Shown here one piece after another: positions 1 through 14,559 of a stretch of 64,000 bases of DNA (position 1 is the first letter of the stretch; every line of letters begins with the position of its first letter). Origin of the DNA: Eledone cirrhosa (lineage: Eukaryota). Position numbers and translations under genes: made by a program. Under the pieces are notes generated by a model. The model made no database searches. It was not told the DNA's origin and saw only the letters and a list, made by a program, of their open reading frames with translations. The DNA is taken from positions 239,382,001 through 239,446,000 of the forward strand of contig OZ024740.1 in assembly GCA_964016885.1 (NCBI GenBank). Direction: 5' to 3'.

Positions 1-178
1 AGCTAGAGGGCAGTAGTCTCTATTAATGCAATTGCAAGTAGAACTAACTTCAAGATTGTTTATATTACTACGGCTAGGTAATTTCCCGAAGTTAGATGCA
101 GTGATCTTGTGTGCGAGGTTGAGAGTCGTGGAAGAGGATATTTTAACAGTGTTTCTATTAATATTATACATATATATA

Positions 179-277
<99 letters not shown>

Positions 278-570
278 GCTGATATGCAAATCTGACTGAT
301 CGGTGGGTTTGCTAATATGCAATTCAGACCGATCAGTAACTGTATATTTTAGAAAATATATAGTTTCACTACCTCTGACAGATAAGCAGTATACTGTACT
401 GATGAAGGGTAATCACCCAGAAACATTAGTGTCTGCCGTTCTGTTTACATGCCAGTACAAGAGCAAGAATGACGAGGTCATTCTACTGACATGGCTTAAA
501 AAGAGGCTGTTTGCATAATTGCAAATGAATCGAATATTATTATTAATGTTCGAAAAACTCAGATTATATA
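278..570 (+). mobile_element. Short non-coding PLE pLTR/retrozyme-like module carrying a hammerhead
   Basis: Bounded by (TA)n on both sides, homologous to 46260-46538, contains a hammerhead at 393-439. Confidence 0.7.
393..439 (+). ncRNA. Type I hammerhead ribozyme motif
   Basis: CTGATGA 399-405, stem II GGGT/ACCC, GAAA 420-423, stem III ACA-ttag-TGT, GUC triplet 431-433, stem I ACTGTA/TGCCGT with one mismatch. Confidence 0.75.
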
Positions 571-574
571 TATA

Positions 575-730
575 TATAGAAAAGGAAAAAAGATGAAATC
601 GAAAATGCAACTGGAGTCTTTTTTTTTTTAAATATATATATTTATTTGGTTCCTTTACCGGGTTTGCAGTTCTTCTGCTTTTCAAAAGTAGAATTGAGAT
701 GGAGGGTCTGTGCTTTTTCCCACATCTATA
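575..730 (-). repeat. Dispersed TA-flanked repeat, reverse complement of 63560-63712
   Basis: Shares gaaaaagatgaaatcgaaaatgcaactggagtct...ttatttggttcctttaccgg with the inverted copies near 63.3 and 63.6 kb. Confidence 0.75.
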
Positions 731-1210
731 TATATATAAAGCAACCATAACCACCACCATATCATCACATCCACCCCACATACTCTACACGCCAAGGCCA
801 ACCAACCACTACCACACCACAGCCCATCTCATCCACTGACCGTCACCAACATCTCACCATCACACCCACCCCTATATACACTACAGGCCAGTACATCGTC
901 TTGATCCTTCCCACCAATCAAAACAACTCATTTTGTCAAACTCTTGAAACTCTGACTTTACCACATAGCATGTATTTCATTTTCTTATAGCATTTTAAGT
1001 GGGTTCGTCGAGCTGCGGATTATTGAGTCGGGTAGGATCGATATAGATAGAACCTTGAGCTGATCAGTGGCGAAACGCGCGTCACCTATCAATAAATGCA
1101 ATGAAGGAATAATCAATCGTCCTTTTTATCCTTTCTATATATTCATATATATATATTTTTAATTATAATGTTGGTTAAAATTTTAAATATTTCAATTTAC
1201 TATGTTTCAG

Positions 1211-1423
1211 GTCCGGTATGAATTTGTCCGAATGCCAGGAGAGAAACCAGGTCACGCTATCTTGGAGGTCACCAAACAGTCAGGTGCTATTTTTATCGTT
1301 ACTGGATCCCGAGGAATGGGGAAAATAAGGAGGACCGTAATGGGTAGTGTCAGTGACTACATTTTACACCATTCACCTGTACCTGTATTGATATGCCGAC
1401 ACAAGGAGAGGGACAATCGTTGA
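1211..1423 (+). CDS. Terminal coding exon of a universal stress protein (USP) gene
   Basis: Translation has the USP C-terminal signature IVTGSRGMGKIRRTVMGSVSDYILHHSPVPVLIC with the G-x2-G-x9-G-S ATP-binding motif. It follows a splice acceptor tatgtttcag (1201-1210) and ends at TGA 1421-1423. Upstream exons were not found in the window. Confidence 0.92.
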   Translation, partial: VRYEFVRMPGEKPGHAILEVTKQSGAIFIVTGSRGMGKIRRTVMGSVSDYILHHSPVPVLICRHKERDNR

Positions 1424-1494
1424 AAACTATGTAGCATGTAGGAGTTTAGGGGCAGACAGAATTCTTTTTGCTGACTAAGGAGTCTGTAACGAAT

Positions 1495-1535
<41 letters not shown>

Positions 1536-1550
1536 CATTCGTTACAGACT

Positions 1551-1600
<50 letters not shown>

Positions 1601-1931
1601 TATGTATATGTACATGTGTGGTTAAATGAATTGTTTAAATCGATAAATCACAATAATAAACATAAATTAAAAAAAAATATATATATATTTTATGTTCAGC
1701 GCTTGGGCAAAGATAAAAACCAGAATCTTGATATAGGTTATATGGCCAATAGATGAAAGATATAAAGTAATCTTTATATACCTTCACCCCGCTCCCTCAC
1801 ACTTGTAGCAATGCCTTCACTTCCTTTCATTGCTTTACATTCAAGACTATTATAAACCTTTTATTCATTTAGAAAAAAATATAAATACTCACTATTCCAC
1901 TAATGCTTTGAATTATACTTATTAATTATAT

Positions 1932-1965
<34 letters not shown>

Positions 1966-2360
1966 TGTATGTATGTATGTATGTATGTATGTATGTATGT
2001 ATGTATGTATGTATGTATGTGTATGTGTGTGTATGTGTGTATGTATATGAATGTATGTATTTAAAGGACGTTATGCTTTTGATAAGACAGTAGGAAGAAT
2101 TTTTGATCGTCGAAGCATAAATCATATTACTTGAATATAATTTCTTCTTGCTTTTTGAACGCATTTTCATGGTTCATTAGACAATGTGATGGGGGAAATA
2201 TTTCCATGTCCATTTTAATGATTCCCTTGACATTTTAATAATTAGATTGAAATATATTTTGTTTGATAATTGCTGTCATTTTAGTAGTTACTGAGAAAAA
2301 ATTTCTGTTACACATTCTTCAAAATGTCAATCAACCTTTTCACTAACACAGAAATACACA

Positions 2361-2397
<37 letters not shown>

Positions 2398-2899
2398 GTA
2401 AATACACACACACACACCTACCTCCACCCCACCCCCGAAAATACACGCACGCAGCATAGACAAACAGATGCGCGCACACACACACACGCACACAAACACA
2501 CACAGACACACACAAACACACACACACACACACACGCACACAAACACACACACACATATATATTGCAATTTACTGACATAAAATATATACGTATACGTCA
2601 GAAACAGTAAATGCCTACTCGAAGTCTTAGTCCATTAAAATAGAATAATATTTTTACACAGAAAATCTTCACAGAAAATAACACCGAATGTGATTTATAT
2701 AATAAATACTATTTAGCTGAATAGTTGTGAATGCTATACAGTTCTATTTAGGGCTTGAAGTAGCCAATCACAGCTATATTAACTACAGTTTTTGGCTTTC
2801 ATTGAAAGTTAATGTCATATTTATTGTTGCTGAAGACAGCAGCTTCTTGGTACGTAGTTATTTAACACATTAAACACAGTCCCATTTCTCTATGTAGCA

Positions 2900-2960
<61 letters not shown>

Positions 2961-2989
2961 TATAGTATTATTATTATTATTGTTGTTGT

Positions 2990-3499
2990 TGTTCTTTGAG
3001 TCTCAGTCATTGATGTTATTTAACTGGAAAGTTTGTTGAAATGAATATGAAGCCGCTACCTGCAGCCTCAGACATTCAGGACGTATCGGAGGGTTCTTGC
3101 TGTTCCCAGCAAGCATGCCTTTTGAAGTGTTCCAAAAAAGGGGGCTGGACTAATGTTCTTTAACTACCCTTGAAAACTCTTTGAGATAGTACCTAGTGCT
3201 CCTATGACAATCGGGACGACCTTCAGCGCATGACAGTCCCAAATCCTTTTTAATTTTCACTTTAAATCCTGGTATCGGTTAATTTTCTCTTTCTCCTTTT
3301 CTTGCACTCTCGTGTCAAAGGAGCAGCCTACATCTACAATCAGGCACAATTTTTTTTCCTTATTAAAATCAACCAGGTCAGGCCTAATGTGTTCTAATTT
3401 CTGGTCTGTCTGTATCCTGAAATCCCATAGCACCTTCACTTGATTGTTTTCTATCACCGATACTGGCTTATGTTCATACCACTTCTCAGGATGTTGTAA

Positions 3500-3500
<1 letters not shown>
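2990..3500 (-). mobile_element. 5'-truncated R4/Dong-like LINE, family A (RLE and 3' UTR)
   Basis: ORF VKVLWDFRIQTDQKLEHIRPDLV...IVDVGCSFD; same 3' UTR as 25247-25321; (TTA)n on both sides. Confidence 0.9.
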
Positions 3501-3575
<75 letters not shown>

Positions 3576-3755
3576 GTTCCAATAGGTACTTAGAATGAAA
3601 CGTTAGCTTATCAACTGAAAATAACTCTAGTTAATATTAACATGAAGTCAGATCGACAATATATATATGTACCAGCCTCTTGAAATATAGTTATTGCCAA
3701 ACACACACACACACACACACACACAGACACACACAGACACACACAGACACACACA

Positions 3756-3841
<86 letters not shown>

Positions 3842-4114
3842 AATTTACGTCACCGAGTATATTGTACAAAACTGAAAAATATTTATGCAATATTCATGAA
3901 TTTTTACCTAAAATTCTGAGCACAAACATATTTGCATATATTTGAATGCGAAGCGTTTCGTCAATGCCCGTTCGAACTTCTTATATTAAACAAATCAAAT
4001 AATATTTTAATCTTTTTGTAAACAATTCTATTGGTCTCATATGAATATTTCCTCGCAAACATTCACACTCACCTTTATAGACATGCTTGCACAAATGCAC
4101 ACACATTCCCACTG

Positions 4115-4223
<109 letters not shown>

Positions 4224-4252
4224 TATATATATATATATATATATATTTACAT

Positions 4253-4287
<35 letters not shown>

Positions 4288-4292
4288 CGTAC

Positions 4293-4380
<88 letters not shown>

Positions 4381-4450
4381 CTATATATATATGTCTCTCT
4401 CTATATATATATGTACATATATATGTATACATATATAACCATATATATAT

Positions 4451-4611
<161 letters not shown>

Positions 4612-4854
4612 AATAAAGTAGGGATGAAAACCGCACGGAAATGTATTTAAAGAACCTGTCTTTTCTTTTTTCTTCTTTGATCCGTCAAAGTGACATTATT
4701 GAAAAAATGAGAACAATTTTTTTTTAAAAGAGGATCTTTATAAAGTATATAAAATATATAAAATATTACCGGTTTCGACATTATCCATCTTATGAAATAT
4801 TAAATATTGCAATTAAAAAAGAATTAAAAATGAAAATTATATATATATATAATA

Positions 4855-5180
<326 letters not shown>

Positions 5181-5217
5181 TGTTCCACAATGCTTCAAGC
5201 AAACTTCAATACTCTCT

Positions 5218-5251
<34 letters not shown>

Positions 5252-5773
5252 CGCGTGTGCGTGTGTGTGTGTTTATACAGATAAATATATGTAAAACAAA
5301 TAAAAGCGTTTTAATTCTCTGCTTCCCTTGTGCCTACAAATCCTCTGAACACTATAATCACTGCTCCGGCTATTGTTACACGGTTTACAGCTAATATGTC
5401 CCATACCATAGCGCCATTTTTAATAAAATGAAACAATGCCTTGATCAATATCTGCCCTGTTGCTGATCGCTACATAACTGATTTCTCAAAATTATATCAA
5501 ATCTATGAGTCACATTCCAATCTGGGCGTTTTATTTTTGGTGTCAAGCTTTTGTTTAAAATACCTCCCATTTTGTTTAACAGTATTTTAGTTTTGAATAT
5601 AAATCCATTTTCCTTGTTATGAAAGTTGCCTGTTAACTATTTATATAAACATACACTCACACATATGTATGTGTGTATGTATGCTTGTATATGTGCATAT
5701 ATATACATATGTACATACACTCTGGCACATCATACACAGACACACACACATACCTATATATATATATACATAT

Positions 5774-5859
<86 letters not shown>

Positions 5860-7148
5860 ATATATAAATACATATATACGAAATTAATATATCTAAATAT
5901 CTAGGTATGTTCCCAGTACTCAATCTGCAATTTTGATTACTTTTAATTGTGACAACGCTGGGACTATCATTTTTCTTCAGTCAGTTTTTAAAAAGTCCAC
6001 AGTATTAACATAGTATATTTATAAACATTTACTTTCAATAACGTCTTGTTCTGCGCCTCCCTACAAAGATAAAAAATATTTTTATTTACTCGGTATTTCT
6101 CAAACTTAATGGAATTACTTACTATACCTATTTATCAAATTATTGAAACACATTATTCTACATTTTAAAAATAATGCTTGCAACATATATGTACGGTATT
6201 TCACGAAATCCTCGCAAATTTTTAGAAAAAAAAAATGATATACATTTAAAATATCTGGAAATCGTGTTTCATTTGATAAATATATTTCTTTTATTTTCTT
6301 GTAAGGTTGTCAAAAATTAGAAAGTATATATAAGAAATAAACAATGGATTAGAAAACATAAATACGTGAATTTATTTCAAGTGTAAACAAAATGAAATAT
6401 ATTTCCTAGCCTGCCTATAAAAATTTCTGTTTGCATTTTTGTATCTGACATTTTTTTCTTACTAATTTGTAATATTGTAATGTACAACAATGGTTCTTTC
6501 TTATTGATTTCCTCCCATTAATCCCCCTAGTTGTGATGGCTGTTTCTAATAATTGACTACAGACACGACAGTGGTGCCAGAGAGTCAGCCATTTTTTAAT
6601 GTTTCTGTGTGATTATGTTGATGATGTTTATATATAATGGAAAAAAAAAATAAACTGTGGAATTATGGAAATAAATTTAGATGTACACAATGAAAGAGTT
6701 TGGGTTTTATTTCTCACAATTTTCTGTCTTCACGTCTCAGAGGACATGACTAATTTGTCTCATTCAACATTATCTTGTTTGCACACCAAGAAAACACGCA
6801 TAAAGCATCCTCCCAAACCCATATATTTATAGATAAACACATATTTACACATAAACATTAATGTATATATCAATCTTTGGAAACAAGTTTAACCTTTCTG
6901 ACGCTTCCAACTACCGATCTATTACCCTCACGTAGAACATCCCCATCAGCTAAAAATGATCTTTAATAAAATATACACATATACATGTCTACCTACATAA
7001 ATACATGATGGTTGCCCTTCGTCACCGAGTATGGCCATCAAACGATATATATATATATATATATATATATAACGAAGGAAATGTGGTAAGGAACCAGATG
7101 GACCATAACGCACCAAAGTACTCAATACTTAGGGTAGTAGAGTGGGTA

Positions 7149-7236
7149 ATAGGAACAAGTAGGACCCCGACGGCTGAGCTCAAGCCGTTTCGACGGCTAA
7201 TTGAGTCCAGAATTAGCCGTTGGGGTCCTACTTGTT

Positions 7237-7241
<5 letters not shown>
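7149..7241. repeat. Nested palindrome abutting (TA)n
   Basis: ataggaacaagtaggaccccgacggct pairs with agccgttggggtcctacttgttcctat; inner hairpin gacggctaatt/aattagccgtt. Confidence 0.85.
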
Positions 7242-7271
<30 letters not shown>

Positions 7272-7503
7272 TTTGTATATAAATATATAAAATTACAAAA
7301 TATGAGGAAATAATATACAAAAATATAATATTTTCTCAAATTTTGTAATTTGATAAATAGCTCTGATTATTGAGTTATTCTAATTATTTCGATTATCTTA
7401 GCTCTTTCGGTCGCGAGCAAAAACTTGTTAAGGCGGACACCACACACACACACGCATACATATGAATATGTGTGTGTATTTCATTACACACACACACAGA
7501 CAA

Positions 7504-7585
<82 letters not shown>

Positions 7586-7588
7586 GCA

Positions 7589-7692
<104 letters not shown>

Positions 7693-7719
7693 TATATATC
7701 TATATCTATATCTATATCA

Positions 7720-8050
7720 ATAGTTAATGGTGCTGCGATAGAATGTAGCTTTTTACCCCACCCAATGATCTAAAATATCTTGCACAGAGGTTGGCAATCA
7801 TGATAAAAACATTCACTGGCAATAGCCGGCTGTGATGGGTCGTCATTTGAGCCCTCCTGCTGAACTACACTCTTTTTCACATACTTGACAGGTATGATGA
7901 ATAACATCGCCGACAGCATCTTGGTAGCCAACCATTGGTCGCACTTTATGACTGCGAAGATGACTTTTGAGTCCAGCTTTGCTGAGGCAGAGCCTTGCAC
8001 GGACGCTGCGTGTCAGCGCCATAGGAAGACCTTTGCTTAAGTTCATGTTA
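7720..8050 (-). mobile_element. RTE LINE 3' fragment (C2H2 finger region)
   Basis: RLCLSKAGLKSHLRSH..CQVCEKECSSAGGLK, homologous to 27371-27700, runs toward a (TG)n tract. Confidence 0.85.
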
Positions 8051-8080
8051 GGCTTTGGTTTAAAAGTCTAAAGTCTGTCT

Positions 8081-9790
8081 GCAACGTGGAAGAGATCCAC
8101 GTACATAATATGAAAGAGTACTGGTGGAATGTTTCAGTAAAACCCCCATTAAAATGCAGGTATAACAGACCAGATATGATGATACGGGAGAGGAAGAAGA
8201 AAGCATGCACAGTAGTGGAAATTAGCTGCCCAGCAGATGCGAATATAATATCAAAGATTAGCGAAAAGGAGAAAATTTATGCAGAACTGATGAGAAATCA
8301 GCAGATACTCCACCCTGATTGCATCTTCAGATTTATGCCTGTGATTATTGGGGCACTGGGGTATGTTAGTAACTGCCTCAATACAAATCTTGAGAAGCTA
8401 GGCTTCACAGGAACAGAAAGAACACAACTAGTTAGGAAATTACAAGTACAATCCATTAATGGAACAGTAAAAATATGTAAAACATTCCAAAAAATTTGCA
8501 TCTAATAACTGCATATACACATGTACAGATACAAAGCATATACACATGCACACATACAACTCAAAACATACACATCTACACATACAATAGCATCCATACC
8601 TACACATGGAGACATGCAGACATAATATACCTAGTTGATGTTGTGTAAATTCCAATGAGAGAGTCTTGTGTCTATGTTAGAAACCGACTCTCTCTCTATT
8701 GGAAAGAAAATTGTGAAATTATAAAACCAGAAGAACATACATAAATACATACATACAGCATATATGGGAGTTACACATAAAACACATAAAAGAAACTGCT
8801 TTCGAAGCGTTAAATCCTATCAATGTTCCGCAAAACGAGTGTTATAAATACCTAGGTATCTACGAAAATGTTTCATACAAATGTAGAGCGACGAATGAGA
8901 CCAAAGTATGTTGCACCAGAGTTTAAGAAATATCTCATAAAGTATTTGCATTATCAACACTACTGCAAACATATGGACTACTTCACTAGTCTATTGAGAT
9001 CATTCGCTCTAGAGATATTGATAATTTGCAGGTGGCAGTCAAGAATTGCAAACATAACAGGCTTGATGTAATTGCTTGTGGCGGAAAAGAGAAATTATGG
9101 ACGGCTACAATTAAGATATGAACATTACTTTCAAATTCTGTAATAGAATATTGACACACAACTCCTTCTCTAACCAAAACTTCTCTAACCATAATCATAC
9201 ATTTATATGTGTACCTATAATTACCTGTGCCATTGCTTATGTTACTAAATGTCAAAGTGTTAGTTAGTCTCGATAAGTTGGGGTTTTGAGTTAATGAAAG
9301 TGACCAACTAACACTAACTTTGTGAACGCAATTCATTTCTCAAATATAACATAATTCTTCTCCGATCTTGTCATCTAAATATCAACAACAGAACTTTGTT
9401 AGTTTATTAGAAGTCAGCTCTTTCTTTATAAAAACTAGGTCGTTACCCGTCGCTACGCTGCCGGTAAAATACCCCCTCCCCCACACACAAAAACAACCAG
9501 AAAAATAATTATATGTATTATATATACATATAAATGTATAAAAGAGAAGCTGTTCTACCCCAGTGTGTTTGTCACACTTATATGTGGGTGGAGGGAAAGG
9601 GGATGAGTGAAAAGTTTTTGAGAGAGAAATACAGTGTAAAAACGCTGGATTTTAAGTGCAAGTCTGCAAACTCATTAGTTAGTATGGTGACAACCCTCTA
9701 CTTATTTATCTACCACACACACACTTTCTCTCATTGTATTTTTCTCTCAACAAAAACAACTTATCACTTATCCCCTTTACCATCCTTCTA
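8081..9790 (+). repeat. Copy A of a 1.7 kb direct duplication (R4/Dong family B 3' end, flank and partial Helitron)
   Basis: Near-identical to 12717-14425 at an offset of about 4635 bp; duplicated ORFs 8086/12722, 8868/13503, 8986/13621. Confidence 0.95.
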
Positions 9791-10449
9791 TGACGGATTA
9801 TGACGGCCGACACAGTAAAGTGATTAGCAACTGGAATCGGATAAAACTCTGTCCCCCGACCAGCCACCGATTTACAAACTTTACGTGGTGACGGGAGATT
9901 AGAAAACAAATATTTCCGCTCTCGTCAAAAGCACTCAGCCAACGTGTCTCAAACACATTAATAAGAAGTGAAAAGATGGTTATTAGAAAGAGCAGTCCCA
10001 CATCGATGTATAATAGAATGGTAGCATTCGCTCATGTCCCATGGCTAAAGGAAAGCGATAGTAACAATGGTAGTGCATATATATTCCAGTTAATACGATC
10101 AACAGAACAACTTGTTCGTGAAATTAACGTTCAAGGGACTGAGAATTGCTCAAACATGTGTACCCTTAATGTAGTTCTCAGGGAGATTCAGCTTGACACA
10201 GAATGTGACAAGGTTGGTCCTTCAAATTACTGGTACAACTCATTTCTTCCAGCTGAATGAATTGGAGCAACGTAAAATACAGTGTATTGCACAAGAACAC
10301 AACGGGCCACGAAGAACCGAACTGCAGCACGATTGTGAGCTGAATACCCTAACCAGTAAGCCACGCGTCTTCATACTATACGTACACACATACATGCATG
10401 CATACATAGATACATGCATGCATACATACATACATGCATACATACATAA

Positions 10450-13372
10450 CACAGTCAACGCGATCAGTCGCATATTTTGGCGCGGGAGACTATTTATTAA
10501 ATTTAAGATGAATACTATCTCCGACAGCATGGCTGAACACAACACCAACAACAAAATTAAGGAAGTATCGAAGACAAACAACAAGAAAGGTAAACAAACT
10601 TTATTCAGTTGTAGCTACAGAAGAAACCGAAATTATAAATCGCATTTCTCTTGGAGTTGCGAATTTAATAATGATTTATTTAATTGTTATAAAATGGCAA
10701 AAAAAACAATCCTTCCATTGGCTATATGAACAGAATGAAGCTACACTGGGACGAAATGCACCCAGAGCTAAATTATTTCACAGCGAAACAATTACACCTA
10801 CATGCGACGTTTGTTGAACGTAAAAACAAGATAAATATTATTAATTGTAAGTCCTCCACAACAAACATGGGATCAACAACACGTGCTACAGGTCGCCATG
10901 CTACTAGATTTCCTAGCAGCCAGGTGGAACAGCGCCTTGAAACAACTATGCCTGTAAGAAACTTGACACCACCTGTACCATCTAAGTCTACCCCGAATGC
11001 TGGGAAAAACACTATCGATAATAATAATAATAATCGAAGAAATTTGACACCACGTGTACCATCCGAGTCTACCTCGACTGTTGTGGAAAATACTATCGAT
11101 AATGATAATAATCAAAAGTATAAAGAATTGAAAATTTCCCCCAACGAAATCTTCCAGAGAGAAATTGATTCATGTATAAATATATTTCTTGCTGAACGTA
11201 TTAAAACGACAATGTTTAATAAAAAACCAAATAATGAAATATTACGTGTTATTGACGAAATTGGGGATGAATATTTACGACGGATAAAAGCCCCAACATT
11301 TTGGCAAAGCAACGCCTGTTTATATGCCTTAGCAAGGACAGTGAAACATTATCTTGGTGATAGCAGAGATAATAACAAGAACAAAATACCACCAAAAATA
11401 CCATAATATATAACTAAAATAGAAAAAAAGATTGCTGACCTACGAAAAAACATAGGATATGTGACAATGTTCCTTACATGCAAACAAACACAAAAATACC
11501 TCACTCCTCACCAACAAAGAGTGAAAAATAAAATAGAGACGATGTTTGGTAACAGTAGAACCAGAACTATCCAATATAAACTGATCACCCTCAAACAAGA
11601 ATTGAGAGCTGTTAGCGAAAAGCGCCGATACATGAAGAAGGTAGATGAGAGAAAAGTGCTGAATAAAAGATCAGACGAAACCAAACATCAGTCTATAGAG
11701 ATATGAAGAGCAAAATAATAAGTGTCACTGAGGCCCGATCGCAGAAAGACATAGATTCATTTTGGAGAAAAATATGGGGTGAAAAGAAGAATTTCAGCCA
11801 AGATGCAGTGTGGCTAAAAGAAATCCGAAAGAATTATTGCTCCTACACTACAACAAAAACATACGAAATAAGTGAGGGTACCCTTGAGACTGTGATAGGA
11901 AAACTCCAAGATAAGAAAACACCAGGAAGAGACATGATTGTCGGCTACTGGTACAAAAAACTGATATTCTATCGGAGGTATCTTACTGACCTCTACCGAC
12001 AAGTTTTTAAGGAAGATGCACTTATACCAGAATGGTTGACATTAGCACAAACATTACTGGTCCCCAAGAACAAAGACACCCACTTGGCAAAAAACTACCG
12101 ACCCATTGCATGCCAGAACCTGATGTATAAGATGTATACAGCCTGCCTGAATCTATTCCTCCAAGATCACAGATGAACAAGCAGCTGGAAAGAAAGGGGT
12201 TTGGGGATGTGCTGAACAACTCCTAATCAACAAAACTGCGATGTCGGAGGTGCGACAACTTAGGAGGAATATGGCTACAGTCTGGCTGGACTACAGGAAA
12301 TCTTTCGATTCTGTTCCCCACTCTTGGATGATAGAGGCCCTCCAACTTGCTAAAGTCCCAGACATTATTATCAGAGCCATAGAGAATCTGTCTTCTTCTT
12401 GGGCTACTATCCTAAGGTTAAAGACAGAGAGGCATGACTCTATTTTCACTGATTAAATAAAATATTGCAGGGGTATATTTCAGGGATACAGTCTCTCTGT
12501 GATATTATTCATCTTGTCATTAAACCCCTTGTCCTTTCTGCTCAAGAAATGTGAGGGATACATCATTGGCTCACAGGAGGACAGAAATACGAACCTAACC
12601 CATAATTTCTTTGTGGATGATCTGAAACTCTATGCCAAGAACATGGATGGCCAAAACACTGTAGAATGCAATCCGTAAAAAAGATAGCCCCGTTAATAAA
12701 CACATTAAAAGCTACAGCAACGTGGAAGAGATCCACGTACATAATATGAAAGAGTACTGGTGGAATGTTTCAGTAAAACCCCCATTAAAATGCAGGTATA
12801 ACAGACCAGATATGATGATACGGGAGAGGGAGAAGAAAGCATGCACAGTAGTGGAAATTAGCTGCCCAGCAGATGCCAATATAATATTAAAGATTAGCGA
12901 AAAGGAGAATATTTAGGCAGAACTGATGAGACATCTGCAGATACTCCACCCTGATTGCATCTTCAGATTTATGCCTGTGATTATTGGGGCACTGAGATAT
13001 GTTAGTAACTGCCTCAATACAAATCTTGAGAAGCTAGGCTTCACAGGAACAGAAAGAACACAACTAGTTAGGAAATTACAAGTACAATCCATTAATGGAA
13101 CAGTAAAAATATATAAAACATTCCAAAAAATGTGCATCTAATAACTGCATATACACATGTACAGATACAAAGCATACACACATGCACACATACAACTCAA
13201 AACATACACATCTACACATACAATAGCATCCATACCTACACATGGAGACATGCAGACATAATATACCTAGTTGATGTTGTGTAAATTCCAATGAGAGAGT
13301 CTTGTGTCTATGTTAGAAACCGACTCTCTCTCTATTGGAAAAAAATTGTGAAATTATAAAACCAGAAGAACA
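10450..13372 (+). mobile_element. R4/Dong-like LINE, family B, decayed and internally deleted
   Basis: N-terminal MNRMKLHWDEMHP, RT motifs KTPGRDMI, NYRPIAC, WLDYRKSFDSVPHSW, FVDDLKLY, then a jump to RLE NRPDMMI..VVEISCP. (CATA)n at both ends; several stops and frameshifts. Confidence 0.88.
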
Positions 13373-14425
13373 TACATAAATACATACATACAGCATATAT
13401 GGGAGTTACACATAAAACACATAAAAGAAACTGTTCTCGAAGCGTTAAATCCTATCAATGTTCCGCAAAACGAGTGTTATATATACCTAGGTATCTACGA
13501 AAATGTTTCATACAAATGTAGAGCGACCAATGAGACCAAAGTATGTTGCACCAGAGTTTAAGAAATATCTCATAAAGTATTTGCATTATCAACACTACTG
13601 CAAACATATGGACTACTTCACTAGTCTATTGAGATCATTCGCTCTAGAGATATTGATAATTTGCAGGTGGCAGTCAAGAATTGCAAACATAACAGGCTTG
13701 ATGTAATTGCTTGTGGCGGAAAAGAGAAATTATGGACGGCTACAATTAAGATATGAACATTACTTTCAAATTCTGTAATAGAATATTGACACACAACTCC
13801 TTCTCTAACCAAAACTTCTCTAACCATAATCATACATTTATATGTGTACCTATAATTACCTGTGCCATTGCTTATGTTACTAAATGTCAAAGTGTTAGTT
13901 AGTCTCGATAAGTTGGGGTTTTGAGTTAATGAAAGTGACCAACTAACACTAACTTTGTGAACGCAATTCATTTCTCAAATATAACATAATTCTTCTCCGA
14001 TCTTGTCATCTAAATATCAACAACAGAACTTTGTTAGTTTATTAGAAGTCAGCTCTTTCTTTATAAAAACTAGGTCGTTACCCGTCGCTACGCTGCCGGT
14101 AAAATACCCCCTCCCCCACACACAAAAACAACCAGAAAAATAATTATATATATTATATATACATATAAATCTATAAAAGAGAAGCTGTTCTACCCCAGTG
14201 TGTTTGTCACACTTATATGTGGGTGGAGGGAAAGGGGATGAGTGGAAAGTTTTTGAGAGAGAAATACAGTGTAAAAACGCTGGATTTTAAGTGCAAGTCT
14301 GCAAACCCATTAGTTAGTATGGTGACAAGCCTCTACTTATTTATCTACCACACACACACTTTCTCTCATTGTATTTTTCTCTCAACAAAAACAACTTATC
14401 ACTTATCCCCTTTACCATCCTTCTA
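12717..14425 (+). repeat. Copy B of the 1.7 kb direct duplication
   Basis: Matches 8081-9790 with scattered substitutions and 1 bp indels. Confidence 0.95.
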
Positions 14426-14481
14426 CATATATGTGTGACGGATAGACAGAGGGAGGAACAGCTTCTCTTTTATAATATAGA
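14070..14481 (-). mobile_element. Non-autonomous Helitron
   Basis: Minus strand starts TCTATATTATAAAAG and ends with an imperfect hairpin taccggcagcgtagcgacgggta then CTAG; sits between A and T with no TSD; partial copy at 9435-9798. Confidence 0.8.
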
Positions 14482-14559
14482 TTATTTGAATAAAAAGATT
14501 TCATGCGTACATACATATATACAGCACATACTTACTTACATGAAGGCTGCTGCAACTCG

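Noticed and set aside
3945-3990. Hammerhead-like motif on the minus strand
   Set aside because: Core reads ATAAGA and stems pair poorly; too degenerate to support.
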